A DNA stretch of 64,000 nucleotides from Sedimentisphaerales bacterium. GTDB taxonomy: Bacteria > Planctomycetota > Phycisphaerae > Sedimentisphaerales > SM23-30. This document shows positions 59,778 to 64,000 of the stretch, one piece after another. Position numbers and translations under genes: made by a program. Each line of letters starts with the position of its first letter. Position 1 is the stretch's first letter. The notes under the pieces were generated by a model. The model saw only the letters and a program-made list of their open reading frames with translations, ran no database searches and had not been told where the DNA came from. Location: contig JAFGKT010000064.1 in NCBI GenBank assembly GCA_016928435.1, forward strand, positions 2,753 to 66,752, written 5' to 3'.

Positions 59778-59951
59778 CGTGGGGGTCTTCTTCGTGATGA
59801 CTCATCGGGGATTTACTGCGCGCCGGCGTCCGCAATCATAGCTGGAGAGTTATAAAAAGAGTCCGGACAGTTACACCTCGGCCCGCAGGGGTCGCGCTGC
59901 ACCAAGGCTTAGAAACAGCATATTGGTGCAGCGGCAGGATAAACTAAACAA

Positions 59952-62279
59952 ATGTCTGTTGCCCCTTCGCAGTTGCTTAATCGTCAGATACCGGAAGAAC
60001 TGGCGGTAATGTTGCGTCGCCGCGGCGTAGAGCCCAGCCAGGCCTGGCTCTGCGTGGAAACCGATTTGAACCTCGCAGGCCAATTCGAGCGAGTCTTTCT
60101 CTTGGTTTTTGAACGGCGGCTTATTGTGGCCGGCATGGCTTGGGGCGATCAATCACGACTTATTCGTATCGATCTGCCTCGCGATAACATCACTCAGGTG
60201 CGTACACGCGGCGGGGTGGGCGGCGGTTTTCTCGAAGCTGTCGTTAGTGGTATTGCCGTTGACTTTATGACCTTTAGCAACGGCTTAGCGGACACTTTCG
60301 CCAAAGTCGCTCGTAAACTAAACGACTGGTGCGAAAACAAACCTGTCAGCGTCGGTATCGAAGACGATTACAATCCCCGCAAGTGCCCAGTTTGCGGCAT
60401 GACCCTGCAGTTTCCCGGCGATGTCTGCCGACGCTGTGCCAAACAAGGAGCAGTACTTTGGCGCGTGATAAAGCTAATGAAGCCCTATTCTGCCAAAGCC
60501 ACCTTGATGATGCTCTTTGTGCTGTTCGGCATCGCTTTGAGCTTAGTGCCCCCCAAGCTCACTCAATATCTTATTGATAAAGTACTCACTCCCGTATTGA
60601 GCGATGATGGCGCCGCCCGCTCCGACGCCATCAAATGGCTTATTATGCTGGTCGCTGCTCTGCTTGGCGTATATGTGCTGGGTATGGTCGTAACAATGAT
60701 TCGCGGCTTGCTCTCAAGTTTCGTGGGTACCCAGATATCCTTCGATATGCGCGCTCGTGTTTTCGATCACATCACCAAGCTCGGCATCTCCTATCACGAC
60801 CGTTACAGCCCGGGCCAACTTATGACCCGAATCTCCGGTGACACCGCCGCCCTACGCGGATTCGTCGATCAACTTACCTCAGGCTTCTTGGCTCAACTCA
60901 TTACCGTAGTCGCCGTCGGTGTCATTATGTTCTCTCTAAGCTGGAAACTCACTCTTTACACCCTGGCGCCGGCACCTTTGGTTATTGCCTCGGCGGTCTT
61001 TTTCTACGCTCGCGTACGCCCGCGCTACAGTCGTATTTGGGATGCGCAAAGCAAATTGTCCGGCGTACTCAGCACCATTCTTTCCGGTATTCGTGTAGTC
61101 AAAGCGTTCGGCCAAGAACTCCACGAACGCAATCGCTTCACCGGTTCCAGCGAGCATCTGCAAAATAGCGAACGTAATGTCGAATATGCTGTGTGGAAAT
61201 TTACCCCCGCCATGGGACTGCTCTTCCAATTGGGCAGTATCATCGTATGGTTTGTCGGCGGAAAAGACGTACTCGACAGCCAACTCACTCTCGGTGAGCT
61301 TATCGCCTTTTTGGGTTACTTGGGAATGTTCTACGCTCCGTTGGGCACGCTCACCCAACTAACCACTTGGCTCACCAGTTTCCTCACCGCCGCTCAACGT
61401 ACATTCGAAATCCTCGATACCCGCCCCGATGTCGATAGCTCCGAAAACGCTAAAAGTGTCGAAGCCCAAGGTGCCATCACCTTCAAAAACGTTACCTTTG
61501 GCTATAATCGTCACGAGCCTATTCTCCGCGACGTCTCTTTCAAAATCAAGCCTGGTGAACACATCGGGATTGTCGGCAAAAGCGGCTGCGGCAAAACCAC
61601 GCTCGTCAATCTCATCAGTCGTTTCTACGACACCGACCGCGGCCAAGTGTTGATCGACGGTGAAGAAATCCGCAACCTCAACGTCGATGATCTCCGCCGC
61701 AGCATCGGTGTGGTCCTACAAGAGCCGTTCTTATTCCGAGGCACTATTTCCGCCAACATCACCTACGGTCAACACAATGCCACCCCCGAGCAAATCATTA
61801 CCTCCGCCAAAGCCGCTAATGCCCACGACTTTATCGCTCGTCTGCCCCTGGGCTACGACACCTATATCGGCGAACGTGGGGCGGGCCTATCCGGCGGCGA
61901 ACGCCAGCGAATCTCCATTGCCCGGGCTCTATTGTTTGACCCCAAAGTCCTAATCCTTGACGAAGCAACCAGTAATGTCGATACCGAAAGCGAAAAACTT
62001 ATTCAAGACGCCCTTGTGCGAATAACTTCCGGCCGCACCACCATCGCCATCGCCCACAGGCTAAGTACCCTCAAAAACTGCGATCGAATCTTCGTTATGG
62101 ACCGCGGCTCCATCATCGAACACGGTTCCCATGAAGAGCTTATGGAGCAAAAAGGTTTGTATTATCGCCTCGTCAAAATCCAAACCGAACTGTCCAGCGA
62201 ACCCAGCATCGACGTACTCACCGCCGAGGACGAGGAAGAAAAAGAAAAAAACGCTAAAAAACGGAAAACAAAATCGTAA
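59952..62279 (+). CDS. ABC transporter ATP-binding/permease (exporter type) with ~170-aa N-terminal extension containing a zinc ribbon
   Basis: Extension with CPVCG ... CRRC, then a 6-TM exporter domain. NBD with Walker A GKSGCGKTT, signature LSGGERQR, Walker B LILDEATS. Confidence 0.9.
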   Translation: MSVAPSQLLNRQIPEELAVMLRRRGVEPSQAWLCVETDLNLAGQFERVFLLVFERRLIVAGMAWGDQSRLIRIDLPRDNITQVRTRGGVGGGFLEAVVSGIAVDFMTFSNGLADTFAKVARKLNDWCENKPVSVGIEDDYNPRKCPVCGMTLQFPGDVCRRCAKQGAVLWRVIKLMKPYSAKATLMMLFVLFGIALSLVPPKLTQYLIDKVLTPVLSDDGAARSDAIKWLIMLVAALLGVYVLGMVVTMIRGLLSSFVGTQISFDMRARVFDHITKLGISYHDRYSPGQLMTRISGDTAALRGFVDQLTSGFLAQLITVVAVGVIMFSLSWKLTLYTLAPAPLVIASAVFFYARVRPRYSRIWDAQSKLSGVLSTILSGIRVVKAFGQELHERNRFTGSSEHLQNSERNVEYAVWKFTPAMGLLFQLGSIIVWFVGGKDVLDSQLTLGELIAFLGYLGMFYAPLGTLTQLTTWLTSFLTAAQRTFEILDTRPDVDSSENAKSVEAQGAITFKNVTFGYNRHEPILRDVSFKIKPGEHIGIVGKSGCGKTTLVNLISRFYDTDRGQVLIDGEEIRNLNVDDLRRSIGVVLQEPFLFRGTISANITYGQHNATPEQIITSAKAANAHDFIARLPLGYDTYIGERGAGLSGGERQRISIARALLFDPKVLILDEATSNVDTESEKLIQDALVRITSGRTTIAIAHRLSTLKNCDRIFVMDRGSIIEHGSHEELMEQKGLYYRLVKIQTELSSEPSIDVLTAEDEEEKEKNAKKRKTKS

Positions 62280-62385
62280 TGTGCCTATAATACAAAATGT
62301 GGCTGCAACGATTAATTGTCACTGAACGACATAAACTACCATGTACAAATTACGGAGCAGAAAAGCCAAATAGGGAGTTTCAGTT

Positions 62386-62937
62386 ATGACTCACACTATC
62401 CAAGAGCCGGAGACGTTACCCATTGACCCCACGCAAATCCGCTTTCTAACTCCGGATATGTGTCAGATACACTTAGGCGCCCACGACGCCCTCCACGTCA
62501 CCGTCAAAAACGAACGCATCTACGGCGGCGTCTATGCTACGCGTATTTTTCCGGTTGGTCATCCTGGCAAGTTTATCTCCTTGATTTACATTGGTCCCGA
62601 CGGCAAAGAAACCGAGGTCGGTATTATCCGCGAACTGGAGGAATTCCCCGAAAAGGCTGTGCAATTGATTCAAGAATCCCTCCAACGCCGTTACCTGGTC
62701 CGCAACATCAGCAAGATTAACAAGGTCGGCCTAAAGTACGGCTTTATCGCCTTCGAAGTCGTAACCGATAAAGGCCCCTCCGAGTTTTTCATGTATTGGC
62801 AGCATGACAAAGCCCACGATTACGGAGTCAATGGCAAGGTGCTGCTCGATGTGGACGACAATCGCTATATGATTGCCGATATCGACCAACTGAGTGCCCG
62901 CGAAAAAGCTGATTTCCAACGTTTCATCTACTGGTGA
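62386..62937 (+). CDS. DUF1854-like protein (ABC-transporter-associated)
   Basis: About 180 aa directly downstream of the ABC exporter, ending ADFQRFIYW. The family assignment is from memory of DUF1854 sequences and is not verified. Confidence 0.55.
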   Translation: MTHTIQEPETLPIDPTQIRFLTPDMCQIHLGAHDALHVTVKNERIYGGVYATRIFPVGHPGKFISLIYIGPDGKETEVGIIRELEEFPEKAVQLIQESLQRRYLVRNISKINKVGLKYGFIAFEVVTDKGPSEFFMYWQHDKAHDYGVNGKVLLDVDDNRYMIADIDQLSAREKADFQRFIYW

Positions 62938-63578
62938 TTGTCGCGGATCAACTCCACAAACCGGCAATAGCATAAAAGTGTCCGTCTAAACTCTTTTCCG
63001 CGTTTTTCCAGCAATAAAAGCTGCTGCGACCCGCTGGAACCTATCGGCGCCACCATCTTACCACCTTCAGCCAGTTGTTGCTCCCAGCGTTTGGGTATGC
63101 TTTCCGCCGCCGCCGTCGCTATAATCCGATCGAAAACCATCTCAACCGGCCAACCCCGACTGCCGTCGCCAATCAAATACTCAACATTATCGATCCCCAA
63201 AGCCTCTAAGTTTCTCCGCCCCTGCTTGGCCAAACTCGCTATGCGCTCAATCGTATAAACTTTCCCCGCCAACCCAGCCAGAATCGCTGTTTGATAGCCG
63301 CAGCCGGTCCCAATTTCCAGTACCTTATGGTCGCTCCTCACGTCCAGCTTCTCGCTCATCAACGCCACGATATACGGTTGAGAAATAGTCTGGCCCTCTT
63401 CCAACAACACCGGATTGTCATCGTAGGCGTAACTACGCCGATCCTGTGGAATGAACAACTCTCGCGGCAGACGCCCCATCACCTCCAACACTCTCTCATC
63501 GGCTATCCCCCGACCCCGCAATTGCCTATCCACCATCAAGCGCCGTTGCGTTGCCCATTGCTCCGCTTGGTTCGACAT
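62928..63578 (-). CDS. pcm: Protein-L-isoaspartate O-methyltransferase
   Basis: TISQPYIVALM and VLEIGTGCGYQTAILA motifs. ATG at 63578 gives about 217 aa (the track start 63740 adds an unlikely extension). The 3' end overlaps the convergent DUF1854 gene by 10 nt. Confidence 0.92.
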   Translation of the reverse strand: MSNQAEQWATQRRLMVDRQLRGRGIADERVLEVMGRLPRELFIPQDRRSYAYDDNPVLLEEGQTISQPYIVALMSEKLDVRSDHKVLEIGTGCGYQTAILAGLAGKVYTIERIASLAKQGRRNLEALGIDNVEYLIGDGSRGWPVEMVFDRIIATAAAESIPKRWEQQLAEGGKMVAPIGSSGSQQLLLLEKRGKEFRRTLLCYCRFVELIRDNHQ

Positions 63579-63675
63579 TGCGCCCGTCTTCCTGCTTTGA
63601 TCCCCCGGTTTTTCGCAATTGCTTTCCTCCCCCAGCGACATCCCAAATTCGTCAACGGCGCGATTATTCCCCTGG

Positions 63676-64000
63676 TTACCGTCCGTCATCTTCCAAAGTC
63701 TCGCTCGTGTTCTCGGCATTCTCATCCAAGGCATCATCATTCGGTTCCGGCGCCGCTATCGAAAGAGGCTTCATGATGCCGTTAAGACCATGCCCGCTCC
63801 GCGGCTTTGGCAACTGACCACCTTCGACCTGAAAATCCGCCAACCGATTGGCGCCCGCTTGAGCCCCGAACTTCAATGTCCCAATATCAATAATCCCGCT
63901 ACCGTTATTATGTTCTGCCTGCGCAGTGCTGGGCGATGCTGACTGTTCGGTTTCCACCGGCCCGCAACTGCCACCGCCATCCCCTGTTAACGACTTATAC
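63676..64000 (-). CDS. Hypothetical protein, C-terminal part (ORF open to the right window edge)
   Basis: The reading frame of track ORF 63676..63957 continues without a stop to base 64000. It uses G-ending codons, like pcm. No family recognised. Confidence 0.35.
   Translation of the reverse strand, partial: YKSLTGDGGGSCGPVETEQSASPSTAQAEHNNGSGIIDIGTLKFGAQAGANRLADFQVEGGQLPKPRSGHGLNGIMKPLSIAAPEPNDDALDENAENTSETLEDDGR

Noticed and set aside
62928-62937. 10-nt overlap of the convergent 3' ends of the DUF1854 gene and pcm.
   Set aside because: This is a real feature of the sequence, but it is common in compact genomes and there is no evidence of regulatory significance.

Overview
Bacterial chromosomal window, roughly 50% GC by eye. 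Gene content suggests a two-membrane cell: Lol-like ABC system, flagellin/FlgM, a sigma-54 activator. The lineage cannot be assigned from sequence alone. I can support about 55 protein-coding genes and saw no rRNA, tRNA or CRISPR array.

Gene order, left to right:
- type ISP/IIG-like DNA methyltransferase ORF, open at the left edge
- LacI regulator; ruvC-ruvA-ruvB; phosphomannomutase; flgM; CbpA-like J-protein
- rnpA-yidD; mgtE; rplM-rpsI
- two FtsX-type permeases plus an ATPase; ilvE; HAD hydrolase; B12-radical SAM enzyme
- overlapping isochorismatase / flavoprotein / RlmN-like radical SAM operon
- cytochrome bd-like-dihaem c / membrane / thioredoxin-like operon
- TetR plus a frameshifted AAC(3); NtrC-type activator plus histidine kinase
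- amidohydrolase; flagellin; RACo-like Fe-S ATPase; Nuc-like PLD protein
- chaperone island: clpB divergent from groEL-groES-groEL, then dnaJ-grpE
- zinc-ribbon proteins including yacG; a methyltransferase; an orphan topoisomerase VI B subunit; uppP; hypotheticals
- recG; an ABC exporter with an unusual N-terminus plus a DUF1854 protein; pcm

Most interesting signals:
1. Two near-consensus divergent sigma-54 promoters, with TGCCA-N3-TGGCA palindromes between them, in the clpB/groEL intergenic region. No CIRCE element is present.
2. Extreme strand-specific codon usage (mirror-image codon dialects) that flips polarity in that same intergenic region.
3. A roughly 230-250 bp MITE-like element in three copies. 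Two copies have perfect 9-bp target-site duplications. One copy splits an operon junction and one supplies a stop codon.
4. Uncharacterised operons: the RlmN-like radical SAM cluster, the bd-like/dihaem c oxidoreductase, and the PH/zinc-ribbon ABC plus DUF1854 pair.
5. An orphan bacterial Top6B.
6. A compositional mosaic inside the methyltransferase ORF.

Functional calls rest on motif recognition by eye. No database search or computation was run.
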